A stretch of 64,000 nt of DNA from positions 3,200,001 to 3,264,000 of the forward strand of contig OY969696.1 of the NCBI GenBank assembly GCA_963702005.1. The letters are read 5' to 3'. The DNA is from Candidatus Aminicenantes bacterium (GTDB lineage Bacteria > Acidobacteriota > Aminicenantia > Aminicenantales > JAFGBC01). The notes under the pieces were generated by a model, which did no database searches, was not told where the DNA came from, and saw nothing but the letters and a program-made list of their open reading frames with translations. Within the stretch, counting starts at the first letter, position 1. Every line of letters begins with the position of its first letter. Position numbers and translations under genes: made by a program. Below, one piece after another: positions 29,452-39,386 of the stretch.

Positions 29452-31157
29452 GCCTGCTCCCCTCGCTTCAGGAGCCGTCCCGGCAGCCGGCCGGTATGCT
29501 CGCCCTTCTCGATAACGACGGCACCGTTGACGACGACGTATTCGACGCCGATCGGATATCGGGCCGGCTCCGTCCAGGTCGCCCGGTCGATGATCTTGGC
29601 CGGGTCGAAGACCGCGATGTCGGCGGCCGCGCCGGGCTTAAGGATGCCGCGGCCCTCCAGCCGAAAGCGCCGGGCCGGAACCGAAGTGATCTTGCGGATC
29701 ATCTCCGCGAGCGGCAGGAGCTTTTCCTCCCGGACATACTTGCCGAGGGCTCGGGGGAACGTCCCGTAGAGCCGCGGGTGAGGCTTGCCCTTCCCAAGAA
29801 TCCCGTAGGGCGCGACGGCAGCCCCGTCCGAGGCCACGCCGACGAGCGGATGGGCCAGAATTCGCCTCAGGTTGTCCTCGCTCATAACGAAGGTGATCAT
29901 CCCGACGCGCCCCTCTTCTTCGATCAGAAGGTCCCTCATGAATTCGTAAGCGTCCTTGCCGGCATGGGCGGCCGCCTCGCGGACGGTCTTTCCTTCAACC
30001 CAGCGGTTCTTCTCGGTGTGAACGGACGACAGGAGAATTTTATCCCACGATCCTAGGCTCTTTTCAGCCTCGGCCAGGGCCGACCGGAGCTTGTCCTGAA
30101 GGGCCGGGTCTTTGAGGCGCGCGATGAAATCCTCGGTCCGGCCTTCCCTCGCCCACATCGGAAAATAGAGGCTGAGGCCGGTCGCCCCCGCGATGTAGGG
30201 ATAGCGATCGCAGAAGACGTCGACGCCCTCGCGCCGGGCCGCCTCGATCTTGGCGATGGCCTGGTCGAGCTTGGGCCAGTTCCGGGGATAGCCGATTTTG
30301 AAATGGGAGATCTGGAGCGGAAGCCCGCCCCCCCGCGCGATCGCGATCGCTTCGTCGATGGCCTTGAGGACCTCGTCCTCCTCGTCCCTCATGTGGGTCG
30401 CGTAGAGGCCGCCGTAGCCGGCGGCGACGCGGGCGAGCCCGATGATCTCGTCCGTATCGGCGAAGCTTCCCGGCGTATATTCGAGGCCGGTCGAAAGGCC
30501 GACGGCGCCCTGCTCCATGGCGCGGGCGGTCAGCGTCTTCATGAGCTCGCTTTCGGAGGACGTCGGTTTCCTGTCGCTGAAACCCATGGCTGCGGCCCGG
30601 ATCGTGCCTTGTCCGACCAGGGTCGCGTAGTTAAGGGCGGTCCCGCGCTCGCGGAGGCGGGCGAAAAAGCCGTCGAGGTCCTGCCAGCTCAGGTCGAGGT
30701 CGTATTCCTCCTTGAGGGCTTTGGCGTCGTCGGCCCGGGTGATATCCGTGACCGGGAACGGGCTGCCCCCGCAATTACCGCTGATGAGGGTCGTGACCCC
30801 CTGCCGGATGGCGCTTTCGGCCCTGGGATTGACCAGGAGTTCGGCCGCGGTATGATTGTGGGCGTCGATAAAGCCGGGGGACACGGCCAGACCGGAGGCG
30901 TCGATGACGATTTTGGCGCGCGCTTGAGCGAGCCTTCCCACCGCCCTGATCTCCGATCCTGAGACGCCGAGGTCGGCCGAGACGCCGTCGGCGCCCGCGC
31001 CGTCATACACCGTCCCTCCGCGGATGAGGAGGTCGAATTCGCCGCCCTTCACGACCTGGGCTCGCCCGATACGGCCTCCCGCGCCCGCCCCGACCCCGGC
31101 CGCCGCTGCCGCCCGGGCCGCTCCCTTGATAAATTCCCGCCGTGTTATTATTGCCAT
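29448..31157 (-). CDS. N-acyl-D-amino-acid deacylase (amidohydrolase) with a Tat signal
   Basis: TRREFIK Tat motif at ATG 31157; PGFIDAHNH, QGVTT-GNCG, THMRDE, SH-K, SDG and HPRLYGTFPR motifs. Confidence 0.9.
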   Translation of the reverse strand: MAIITRREFIKGAARAAAAAGVGAGAGGRIGRAQVVKGGEFDLLIRGGTVYDGAGADGVSADLGVSGSEIRAVGRLAQARAKIVIDASGLAVSPGFIDAHNHTAAELLVNPRAESAIRQGVTTLISGNCGGSPFPVTDITRADDAKALKEEYDLDLSWQDLDGFFARLRERGTALNYATLVGQGTIRAAAMGFSDRKPTSSESELMKTLTARAMEQGAVGLSTGLEYTPGSFADTDEIIGLARVAAGYGGLYATHMRDEEDEVLKAIDEAIAIARGGGLPLQISHFKIGYPRNWPKLDQAIAKIEAARREGVDVFCDRYPYIAGATGLSLYFPMWAREGRTEDFIARLKDPALQDKLRSALAEAEKSLGSWDKILLSSVHTEKNRWVEGKTVREAAAHAGKDAYEFMRDLLIEEEGRVGMITFVMSEDNLRRILAHPLVGVASDGAAVAPYGILGKGKPHPRLYGTFPRALGKYVREEKLLPLAEMIRKITSVPARRFRLEGRGILKPGAAADIAVFDPAKIIDRATWTEPARYPIGVEYVVVNGAVVIEKGEHTGRLPGRLLKRGEQA

Positions 31158-31186
31158 CGGTCCTCGTCTTTCATGAAGATCATAAC

Positions 31187-31221
31187 AAAAAAGGTGACGC
31201 TTAACCATGTTAAGCGTCACC
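31187..31221 (-). terminator. Perfect 13-bp hairpin with a T6 tail (terminator or REP-like)
   Basis: GGTGACGCTTAAC-CAT-GTTAAGCGTCACC (31193-31221) flanked by A6 on the left and ATTTT on the right. Confidence 0.6.
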
Positions 31222-31257
31222 ATTTTATTAAATCGGGAAGCCGGAGACGGATGGAAT

Positions 31258-32109
31258 TTACCAGGACAAGGTCAGGGTCAGGGAGCGGCGTTGTCCGGTG
31301 AGCTCAAAAGAGAGATCGGCGTTCTCGAGCAAGGTGGGGCTGATCCGAGGCTTGGGACAGTTGAGGCGGCAAATCTTCTTCGCCGTGAAATAACCGAGGG
31401 CCGAACCCAGGAAAGCATCCGACGCCCAGTGCTTGTTGTCGTGGACGCGAGAGATCGCGGCCAGGGCGGCCAAACTGTAGGCGGCCGCGTCGACGACCGG
31501 ACTTTCGCTTTGATCGGCGATCGTCGCGGCCACCGCCCAGGCCGACGCCGCGTGGCCGGAGGGCATCGAGTAATAGGCGCTTCGCGTCGAGAACGGCTTA
31601 AAGCTGCGATCCCCCTCGTGGGCATCGGGCCTGGCCCGGCCGATGGCGAACTTGGAAACAAAAACGATCAACGCCGCGGACCCCAAGCTCTCCAGGCTTA
31701 ACAGGGCCGTCCGACGCCAGGACGGCCGGCCCGCCCCTTCGCCGGCCGCGTAGACTCCGAACAGAACCGTCGTCAGGACGAGGCCGTCCCCGAAATTGGA
31801 GATGAATCCGTAGACGTCGTTCGCGGTATCGCTGCGATGCTTCTGGGTCCATTCCTGGATCTCGCTATCGGCCGCATAGAGGACGAGCCCTCCTCCCAGG
31901 ATCGAGGCGAATGTCCAGAGGTCCCGGCCCTTCCAGCCTGCGGGCGACTTGCAGACCTGCCCGAAATCCTTGAAAAACTTCTTGAGTGTATCCTTGTTGA
32001 TCCGGTCGATCTGGTCCGACGACGAAGAGGCCTGGGCAGAGAGCCTCCCCGGAGCCGCGAAAAGAATAAGCGCCGTGATCAGCACGGAAGCCGTTAGCGT
32101 CTTCCTCAT
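31258..32109 (-). CDS. PAP2 family phosphatase
   Basis: K-AIGRARP, MPSGH and SRVHDNKHWASD motifs. Confidence 0.9.
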   Translation of the reverse strand: MRKTLTASVLITALILFAAPGRLSAQASSSSDQIDRINKDTLKKFFKDFGQVCKSPAGWKGRDLWTFASILGGGLVLYAADSEIQEWTQKHRSDTANDVYGFISNFGDGLVLTTVLFGVYAAGEGAGRPSWRRTALLSLESLGSAALIVFVSKFAIGRARPDAHEGDRSFKPFSTRSAYYSMPSGHAASAWAVAATIADQSESPVVDAAAYSLAALAAISRVHDNKHWASDAFLGSALGYFTAKKICRLNCPKPRISPTLLENADLSFELTGQRRSLTLTLSW

Positions 32110-33386
32110 CGGCTTCTCCCTTCCATCATTTTTTCAATGGCCTGAATGGTCCGTTCCGTCGCGCCCGACATGGATGCGAGGAGAGCGGCCGCCCTCTGGC
32201 CCATCTCCCGGAGCGCTTTTTCGTCCTCGAGCCGGAACATCCGGACGAGGTCCTCTTCGCTCTCAACGACGCGGGCCGCTCCATTCTTGATGAAGGCTTC
32301 GGCCAAGGCCGCGAAATTCCTCGTGTACGGCCCGAAGAAGACCGGTTTTCCATAAAAAGCCGGCTCGAGAAAGTTATGCCCCCCCCAATCGACGATGCTC
32401 CCGCCCACGAAGGCCGCATCGCATAAGGCATAGAAGCGGGCGAGCTCTCCGATGGTGTCCAGGATGAGGACATCCCATCTGTCGCCCGGCTTAACCACGG
32501 TCCTCCTGACGCAAGCCAAAGAGAGAGATTCGGCTAGACGCTCGACCTCTCCCGCCCGCTCGGGATGGCGGGGCGCGACGATCAGAGCGGTCTCGCGGGA
32601 AGTCTTCCCGGCCTCGGCGAACGCCTTGAGAAGCTTCTCCTCCTCACCTTTCCGGGTGCTCCCTGCCAGCACGACTTTTTTGGCGGGGGGAAGGCTGAGG
32701 TCTTTTTTGAGACCGGCTATGTCGCGGCCGTCGAGGGCGGGAAGGTGGACCTCGGTTTTCAGGTTCCCGGCGACCTCGATTCGGGCCGGATCGATCCCGA
32801 TGCCCGCGATCCTGTCTTTGTCCAGTTCGGTCTGAACGAGAAAACGGTCGACCGTGCCGAGGACGCGGCCCGTCAGAGCCTTGAACCTGAGGTATCTTTT
32901 ATAGGTGCGCTCCGAGATCCGGCCGTTGATCAGGAGGACTCCTTTCGTCCGGCGCTGGGCTTCCCTGAGAAGGTTGGGCCACAGCTCGGATTCGGCCAGG
33001 ACGAGGATATCGGGCTTCAAGCGGTCGATGACGCGGCGGACCGGGCCTCGGAAATCAAGCGGGACGAAGAAGATCGGGTCGGCGTCTTTCAGTTTCTCCC
33101 TGGCTTGGCGGAGACCCGTGCCGGTCAGGGAGGAAAAGGCGATCTCCCAGCCGGGATGCCTTTTCTTGATCTCGCGGATGAGATACTGGAGAGAAAGGAC
33201 CTCCCCCACCGAAACGGCGTGGATCCAGACGGCGGGCCGGGAAGAAGTCCTTGGGGGGAGGCTGAGGCCCAGCCTCTGGCGGAGGTGAAGCTTGTCCTTC
33301 TTGATGAACCTGAGCTTGAACCAATAAAAGGGCCCGTAAAAAACCAGGGTTAGGAAGAGAAGGGACGAATATAAAGAATAAAACAC
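32106..33386 (-). CDS. waaA: 3-deoxy-D-manno-octulosonic acid (Kdo) transferase
   Basis: WIHAVSVGE, ESELWPN, NGRIS, GNLK, APRHPER, DTIGEL and GGHNFLEP motifs; GTG 33386 or TTG 33404 start. Confidence 0.93.
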   Translation of the reverse strand: MFYSLYSSLLFLTLVFYGPFYWFKLRFIKKDKLHLRQRLGLSLPPRTSSRPAVWIHAVSVGEVLSLQYLIREIKKRHPGWEIAFSSLTGTGLRQAREKLKDADPIFFVPLDFRGPVRRVIDRLKPDILVLAESELWPNLLREAQRRTKGVLLINGRISERTYKRYLRFKALTGRVLGTVDRFLVQTELDKDRIAGIGIDPARIEVAGNLKTEVHLPALDGRDIAGLKKDLSLPPAKKVVLAGSTRKGEEEKLLKAFAEAGKTSRETALIVAPRHPERAGEVERLAESLSLACVRRTVVKPGDRWDVLILDTIGELARFYALCDAAFVGGSIVDWGGHNFLEPAFYGKPVFFGPYTRNFAALAEAFIKNGAARVVESEEDLVRMFRLEDEKALREMGQRAAALLASMSGATERTIQAIEKMMEGRSR

Positions 33387-33599
33387 GTCCCGTTGACTAT
33401 ACAAAAATTAGGGAGCGGGGTCAAACCTCGATCATTCCCGGGAAGTGCTTCACTCCATGCGATTTCCGGAGGAGGGCCCCGAAAGCGGGAAGAAGCGGCT
33501 ATATTTCGCTTGCAGAGCGAGCCGAAAACTGATATAGTGCGCATCCTGGCGATTCGCCTGGGCAACCCCGGACATAAGTACGGAAAGGATTGGCCATAG

Positions 33600-33818
33600 A
33601 TGGCTGACGAAAAGAAAGACAAAAAGGACGCCGCCAAGGCTGAGCCGGCCCCTGCCGCCGAAGCCCAGAAGAAGGCCGACCGCAACCCCAAGGTCAACAA
33701 GATGACCCTGGCCGAGGTCGAAAAAAAGATCGAAGAGGTCAAAAGCGGGCAAGGCGGGCTCCTGTCCCGGTACGCCAAGCAGCTCATCCGGCGGCGCGAT
33801 TTATTGAAATCCAAATAG
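33600..33818 (+). CDS. Small charged hypothetical protein (72 aa)
   Basis: Host-like codon usage; followed by a terminator. Confidence 0.65.
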   Translation: MADEKKDKKDAAKAEPAPAAEAQKKADRNPKVNKMTLAEVEKKIEEVKSGQGGLLSRYAKQLIRRRDLLKSK

Positions 33819-33842
33819 GCCCGGGCGTCCGGATCGAGCCCT

Positions 33843-33865
33843 CGTCCCCGGAGGGACGTTTTTTT
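33843..33865 (+). terminator. Intrinsic terminator
   Basis: CGTCCC-CGGA-GGGACG followed by T7. Confidence 0.75.
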
Positions 33866-34018
33866 CACCCCGCGCCTCGTCCATTGAGGACGGGATCGCG
33901 CTTTCTTTGAGTCCCGCCCTGGCAAAGATCGGAGGGGGGCGACCCGGCTTCGCCCGGATTTACATTTCAGGCAATTTTTGATAGCATAAGAACGAAAAAA
34001 TTAAGGAGTATAAAAAGC

Positions 34019-34285
34019 GTGAGTACGAAGGAAGACAAAACGAAGCTCATCAAGGACAACCAGGTCCATGCAACGGACACGGGCTCACCCGAGGTCCAGA
34101 TTGCCTTGATGACCGAGCGCATCAACACGCTCATCCACCATTTCGAGACCCACAAGAAGGACCAGATTTCCCGCCGGGGTCTCATGCAGGTCGTCGGACA
34201 GAGAAAGCGGCTCCTGGAGCACCTCAAGAAAGAGGACATCAAGCGCTACGAGCAGCTCATCCAGAAGCTCAACATCCGCAAGTAA
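34019..34285 (+). CDS. rpsO: 30S ribosomal protein S15
   Basis: [14 protein letters not shown] and SRRGL motifs; directly upstream of pnp. Confidence 0.97.
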   Translation: MSTKEDKTKLIKDNQVHATDTGSPEVQIALMTERINTLIHHFETHKKDQISRRGLMQVVGQRKRLLEHLKKEDIKRYEQLIQKLNIRK

Positions 34286-34309
34286 CCGTCCCCCCTCAAA
34301 GGAATCATC

Positions 34310-36535
34310 ATGTCACACATAATCAGTCTTGTCATCGGACATCGTCCCCTGACCATCGAAATCGACAAAATCGGTAAGCAGGCCGACGGCTCGGCCCTCG
34401 TCCGCTACGGCGAAACGGTCATGTTCGTCACGGCGACTTCCAAGAAGGAAGTCAAGGAGCCCAAGCCCTTCCTGCCCCTGATCGTCGATTACCGCGAGAA
34501 CACCTACGCGGCCGGGAAGATCCCGGGCGGCTTCTTCAAACGCGAGGGCCGGCCCTCGGAGCGCGAAATCCTGGTCGCCCGCCTGATCGACCGGCCCATC
34601 CGTCCCCTTTTCCCGGACGGCTACTTTTTCGACACCCAGGTTGTCGGCCTCCTCCTTTCGGCGGACCTTGAGAACGAGCCGGACACTTTGGGCGTCATCG
34701 GGGCCTCTGCGGCCCTCTATTTTTCGGACATCCCGTTCACAACGCCCCTGGGGGCGGTCAAGATCGGGATCGTTGACGACCGCTTCGTCGTCAACCCGAC
34801 CGGTCCCCAGCTCGAGACGAGCCCCCTCAACATGACCGTCGTCGGGAACGAGAAGGGGATCATCATGATCGAGACCGGCGCCCAAGAGGTCGAGGAGGCC
34901 CGGATCATCGAAGCGCTCAAGATCGCCCAGGGGCCCATCCAGGAGATTATCCGGGCCCAGAAAGCCCTGTTCGCCCAGCTCGACGTCAAAAAGCGCGAAT
35001 ACGCGGCCTTGGCCCTCGACCCCGAAAAAACGGCCCGGATCGAGGCCCAGATCGGCGGCGCCCTCAAGGAAGCCTTCCTGGCCAAGCCCAAGAAGGCCAG
35101 CGAGAATCGCCTGCGGACCATCCTCAACGACCTCGTCAAGGATATCCCCGCCGAGAACGAGGACGAGATCAAGAAAACCAAGGAGATCTATTATCAGGTC
35201 CAGAAGAAGGTCGCCCGGGACTTCATCCTCAAGGAAGGCCGCCGGCCCGACGGCCGGGCCTTCGACGAGATCCGGCCGATCACGATCGAGGTCGGGCTCC
35301 TGCCCCGGACCCACGGCTCGGCCCTGTTCACCCGGGGCGAGACCCAATGCCTGTCGACCGTGACCCTGGGGACGTTCGAAGACGTCCAACGCATCGACGG
35401 CCTGGGAGAGGACTCCGAGAAGCGGTTCATGCTCCACTACAATTTCCCGCCCTTCAGCGTCGGCGAGGTCGGCTTCCTGCGGGCGCCCGGACGGCGCGAG
35501 ATCGGCCACGGCGCGCTTGCCGAAAAGGGCATCCTGCCCGCCGTCCCCAAGGACGCCTCCTTCCCCTACACGATCCGGATCGTTTCCGACATCCTCGAGT
35601 CCAACGGCTCGTCCTCGATGGCGACCGCCTGCGGCGGCGTCCTGGCCCTCATGGACGCGGGCGTCCCCCTGTCGATGACGCCGGCCGGGATCGCGATGGG
35701 CCTGGTGACAGAGAGCGACCGGGTCGAGGAGCGCTACGTCATCCTGACCGACATCCAAGGTCTCGAGGACCACTTCGGCGACATGGACTTCAAGGTCGTA
35801 GGGACCGCGAAGGGCGTCACGGCCCTCCAGCTCGACCTCAAGGCCCCCTACATCACGATCCCCATGCTCGAGGAGGCCCTGGCCAAGGCCCGGGTCGCCC
35901 GGCTTCAAGTTCTGGAAAAGATGAAGGCCGTCCTGCCGGCGCCCCGTCCCGAGATCTCCCCCTACGCCCCACGGATCATCATCCTGTTCATCAACCCAGA
36001 GAAAGTCAGCGAGGTCATCGGACCGGCCGGCAAGATCATCAAACGGATCATCGCCACGACCAAGGCCAAAATCGACATCGAGGAAGACGGCAAGATCATC
36101 ATCGCCTCCGTCGACATGGAGGCCGCCGAGAAAGCCCGGAAGATGATCGAGGACATCACGGCCGAGGCCGAGCTGGGCAAGGTCTACAAGGGCAAGGTCG
36201 TCAGGATCGAAGAGTATGGGGCCTTCCTCGATATTCTGCCCAACGTCCAGGGCCTGCTCCACGTCTCCGAGATCGCCCACCACCGGATTCGGAGCGTCCG
36301 CGACGTCCTTAAAATGGGCGACGTCTTGGACGTCAAGGTCACCAATATCGACGAGGACGGCAAGGTCCGGCTCAGCAAGAAGGCCCTCGAGGAGCCGCCG
36401 CCCGGGACTCCCGAAGGCGAGGAATCCGCGCCGGGAACCCAGCCCTCCGGCCCCCCTCCCTATAAAAAGAGACCCTACAGCCGCGACCAAGGCAACGACA
36501 GGGGCCGCGACCGGCGTCCCCGAAACCGCTATTAA
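34310..36535 (+). CDS. pnp: Polyribonucleotide nucleotidyltransferase (PNPase)
   Basis: GKIPGGFFKREGRP, FTRGETQ, RREIGHG, ESNGSSSMA and GDMDFKV motifs; KH and S1 domains. Confidence 0.98.
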   Translation: MSHIISLVIGHRPLTIEIDKIGKQADGSALVRYGETVMFVTATSKKEVKEPKPFLPLIVDYRENTYAAGKIPGGFFKREGRPSEREILVARLIDRPIRPLFPDGYFFDTQVVGLLLSADLENEPDTLGVIGASAALYFSDIPFTTPLGAVKIGIVDDRFVVNPTGPQLETSPLNMTVVGNEKGIIMIETGAQEVEEARIIEALKIAQGPIQEIIRAQKALFAQLDVKKREYAALALDPEKTARIEAQIGGALKEAFLAKPKKASENRLRTILNDLVKDIPAENEDEIKKTKEIYYQVQKKVARDFILKEGRRPDGRAFDEIRPITIEVGLLPRTHGSALFTRGETQCLSTVTLGTFEDVQRIDGLGEDSEKRFMLHYNFPPFSVGEVGFLRAPGRREIGHGALAEKGILPAVPKDASFPYTIRIVSDILESNGSSSMATACGGVLALMDAGVPLSMTPAGIAMGLVTESDRVEERYVILTDIQGLEDHFGDMDFKVVGTAKGVTALQLDLKAPYITIPMLEEALAKARVARLQVLEKMKAVLPAPRPEISPYAPRIIILFINPEKVSEVIGPAGKIIKRIIATTKAKIDIEEDGKIIIASVDMEAAEKARKMIEDITAEAELGKVYKGKVVRIEEYGAFLDILPNVQGLLHVSEIAHHRIRSVRDVLKMGDVLDVKVTNIDEDGKVRLSKKALEEPPPGTPEGEESAPGTQPSGPPPYKKRPYSRDQGNDRGRDRRPRNRY

Positions 36536-36569
36536 TCTGGTATAATAAGGGCAAGAGAAGGCAACGGCC

Positions 36570-37115
36570 ATGAAAGTCCGGCGCCCGGGCCGACAAGGGT
36601 TCACTCTGACCGAGATTATGGTCGTCTGCGCAGTCCTGGCCATTTTGGCCGGGGCCGCCCTGCCCGTCGCCAAGACGGCCGTCAAGCGCGAGAGGGAGAT
36701 CGAGCTCCGCCGGGACCTCCGCCTCATCCGGGACGCCATCGACGTCTACAAGCGTATGGCCGACGAGGGCAAGATCGAAATCAAGGACGAGACCAAGGGC
36801 TACCCGCCCGACCTGGAGACGCTCGTCAAGGGCGTCGAAATCCAGGAGGATTCGAGCAATCAAGGCAATCAAGGAAGCGACGAATCCGCCAATTCCGGCG
36901 ATACCGGCGATACCGGCGCATCCGAAGCCGGCAAGAAGACGATCAAGTTCCTGCGCCGCATTCCTAAGGATCCGATGACGAATTCCACGGACTGGGGGTT
37001 TCGGTCCTACCAGGACGCCCCGGACTCGACGGTCTGGGGAAAGGAGAACGTCTACGATGTTTACACTAAGAGCCAAGCCAAGGCCCTGGACGGTTCCAAA
37101 TACCGGGACTGGTGA
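36570..37115 (+). CDS. Type II secretion/type IV prepilin-like protein (GspG-like)
   Basis: QG|FTLTE cleavage/methylation motif; LRRIPKDPM. Confidence 0.85.
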   Translation: MKVRRPGRQGFTLTEIMVVCAVLAILAGAALPVAKTAVKREREIELRRDLRLIRDAIDVYKRMADEGKIEIKDETKGYPPDLETLVKGVEIQEDSSNQGNQGSDESANSGDTGDTGASEAGKKTIKFLRRIPKDPMTNSTDWGFRSYQDAPDSTVWGKENVYDVYTKSQAKALDGSKYRDW

Positions 37116-37536
37116 TCGGGAGGCAATCCGGCCGCGCCCCCTCCGGGGATCGCGGGGATTCACGCTGATCGAGATCATCATCGTCTTCACCCTGATCGGG
37201 ATCCTGGTCGGGATGGGCATTCCTCAGTACAAGTACGCCCGCAAGAAGAGCACCGAGGCCGTCCTCAAGGAAAACCTGTTCCAGATCCGGAAGGTCATCG
37301 ACCAGTACTTCCAGGACAAGGGCAAATACCCGGCCACCCTCCAGAGCCTGGTCGACGATCAGTATTTTCGCCGAACCCCCTTCGACCCGATGACGGGCCG
37401 ATCCGACACCTGGAGGCTGGTCCGGGAACAGCCGGCCAAGGGCGAGATCATGCCGGGACAAGAGTTCGGCGTCATGGACCTCCACTCCTCTTCGGACGAG
37501 AAAGCCATCGATGGAACCCTTTACAGCAGCTGGTAA
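37057..37536 (+). CDS. Prepilin-like protein (GspG-like); start uncertain
   Basis: RG|FTLIE; IDQYFQDKGKYP; PFDPMTG. Confidence 0.85.
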   Translation: MFTLRAKPRPWTVPNTGTGDREAIRPRPLRGSRGFTLIEIIIVFTLIGILVGMGIPQYKYARKKSTEAVLKENLFQIRKVIDQYFQDKGKYPATLQSLVDDQYFRRTPFDPMTGRSDTWRLVREQPAKGEIMPGQEFGVMDLHSSSDEKAIDGTLYSSW

Positions 37537-38095
37537 ACGCGCCCCGGCCCGGCCGGGCCGGGACCGGGCGGCCCGCGGCTACGTCCTCATCATGCTCATG
37601 ATCGTCGTCTTCGCCCTGAGCGTCGGCGCCCTTATCGCTCTCCCCATCTGGCAGACCCAGGTCCAGCGTGAAAACGAGGAGGAGCTCATCTTCCGGGGCA
37701 AGCAGTACGTCGAAGCCGTCCGGCTTTACCAGATGAAATACCCCGGCAGTTTCCCCCAGTCGTTCGAGGAACTCGTCGAGGAAAAGTGCATCCGCCGTCT
37801 CTACAAAGATCCGATGAGCAAAGACGGCGGCTGGAACGTCATCCTCCAAACCTCAGGGCTGGAAGAGGTCCAGGAAGAGAACGCGCCCCAGAAAGTCCTG
37901 GTCGCCCCTCAGAGCGCCCTGTCCGCGATCGATCTTCCCGCGATCCTGGGCGTCGTCAGCGCCTCGACCCGGAAGTCCGTCCGCATCTACAATAAGCAGA
38001 CGAACTACGACAAGTGGCTGTTTTACTACGGCCAGGATCCCGAGAAGCTTCCCCAGATCGTGGTCTACGGCCAGGAAGAGAAGCCAAAGGACTGA
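37511..38095 (+). CDS. Minor pseudopilin-like protein lacking Glu5
   Basis: RG|YVLIM; QRENEEELIFRGKQY; IRRLYKDPM. Confidence 0.75.
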   Translation: MEPFTAAGKRAPARPGRDRAARGYVLIMLMIVVFALSVGALIALPIWQTQVQRENEEELIFRGKQYVEAVRLYQMKYPGSFPQSFEELVEEKCIRRLYKDPMSKDGGWNVILQTSGLEEVQEENAPQKVLVAPQSALSAIDLPAILGVVSASTRKSVRIYNKQTNYDKWLFYYGQDPEKLPQIVVYGQEEKPKD

Positions 38096-38105
38096 AGCCG
38101 GCGCC

Positions 38106-39239
38106 ATGACCTCCGTCCTGATCGTCGCCGGAGAGACGTCGGGGGACCGGCATGCCGCCGGGCTCGTCCGGGCCTATAAAAGGCTCGATCCCTCCGTTAG
38201 GTTCTTCGGGACGGGCGGACCGGCCCTGGAGGGCGAGGGCGTCAAGCTCCTCTACTCCGTTAAGGAGCTGGCCTTGGTCGGCGTCTTCGAGATCCTGACG
38301 GCCCTTCCCCGGGTTAAGCGGATCTTCAACCATATCGTCAGGGAATGCGAGGCGCGCCGGCCGGCCGCGGCCGTCCTGGTCGATTCGCCCGATTTCAACC
38401 TGAGGCTGGCCAAGGCCCTCAAGAAGCGCGGCGTCCCCGTCCTCTATTATATCAGCCCCACGGTCTGGGCCTGGCGCCGGAGCCGGCTCAGGACCGTCAA
38501 GGCCAACGTCGCGAAAATGCTCCTTATCTTCCCGTTCGAAACCGAAATCTATCGCGAAGCGGGCATCCCCGCCTCCTATATCGGCCATCCCTTGATCGAA
38601 AGGATCAAGGTCGAGCTCGGACGCGAGGCGTTCGCGCGGAAGTTCGGCCTCGACCCGAAGAAGCGGATCCTGACGCTGCTCCCCGGCAGCCGGCGGAGCG
38701 AGTTGAGCTTCCACATACCCGTCCTGGCCGAAGCCGCCGCCCGTCTACGGGATGCCCTCGGCGCCCAACTCGTCCTGGTCCTGGCCAAGAACCTCGAGGA
38801 GGAATTCCTGAGGTCGCTCCTTCCGCCGGGCGGAGTGGACGCGCTGACCGTCATCCGGACCCGAGCCTACGAAGCCATGGCCGCCTCCGACCTCGTCCTC
38901 TCTTCCTGCGGAACGGCAACGCTCGAAGCGGCCCTGGTCGGGACGCCGCTCGTCGCCTTCTACCGGATCTCGCCCCTCAGCTATTTCTTTGGCCGTCCCT
39001 TTGTCCGGGCCAAGCAGTATTGCATCGTCAATATTCTGGCCGGAAAGACCGTCGTCCCCGAACTCATCCAGAAGAAATTCACGGCCGACAACCTGGTTGC
39101 GGAGACGCGGCGCCTCCTCGATTCCGAGGAAGAGCGCGCGCGAATGAAGACGGCCTTCGCCGAGATCCGCTCCCTGCTCGGCACGGAAAAAGCCTCAACG
39201 AACGCCGCCCGGGAACTAGCCGCCCTCCTCAAACGGTAG
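38106..39239 (+). CDS. lpxB: Lipid-A-disaccharide synthase
   Basis: VAGETSGD, DSPDFNL, YYISPTVWAWR, IFPFE, GHPL, LPGSR and GTATLE motifs. Confidence 0.96.
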   Translation: MTSVLIVAGETSGDRHAAGLVRAYKRLDPSVRFFGTGGPALEGEGVKLLYSVKELALVGVFEILTALPRVKRIFNHIVRECEARRPAAAVLVDSPDFNLRLAKALKKRGVPVLYYISPTVWAWRRSRLRTVKANVAKMLLIFPFETEIYREAGIPASYIGHPLIERIKVELGREAFARKFGLDPKKRILTLLPGSRRSELSFHIPVLAEAAARLRDALGAQLVLVLAKNLEEEFLRSLLPPGGVDALTVIRTRAYEAMAASDLVLSSCGTATLEAALVGTPLVAFYRISPLSYFFGRPFVRAKQYCIVNILAGKTVVPELIQKKFTADNLVAETRRLLDSEEERARMKTAFAEIRSLLGTEKASTNAARELAALLKR

Positions 39240-39386
39240 CTTCGTTTTTTCCTGGTTGAGGTTTAGCTCGTCAAAGCTATATTTTGATAATAGGACCCGA
39301 GCCTCGCCGGCGCGGGAGTCAACGCGGGGGATTCCAAGCGGACGACAAATCGGATACTATGGCTCCGGCCGTTATGGGAGGCGCCG

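Noticed and set aside
34313-36739. 808-aa minus-strand ORF
   Set aside because: Antisense shadow of pnp caused by high-GC codon bias; no motifs
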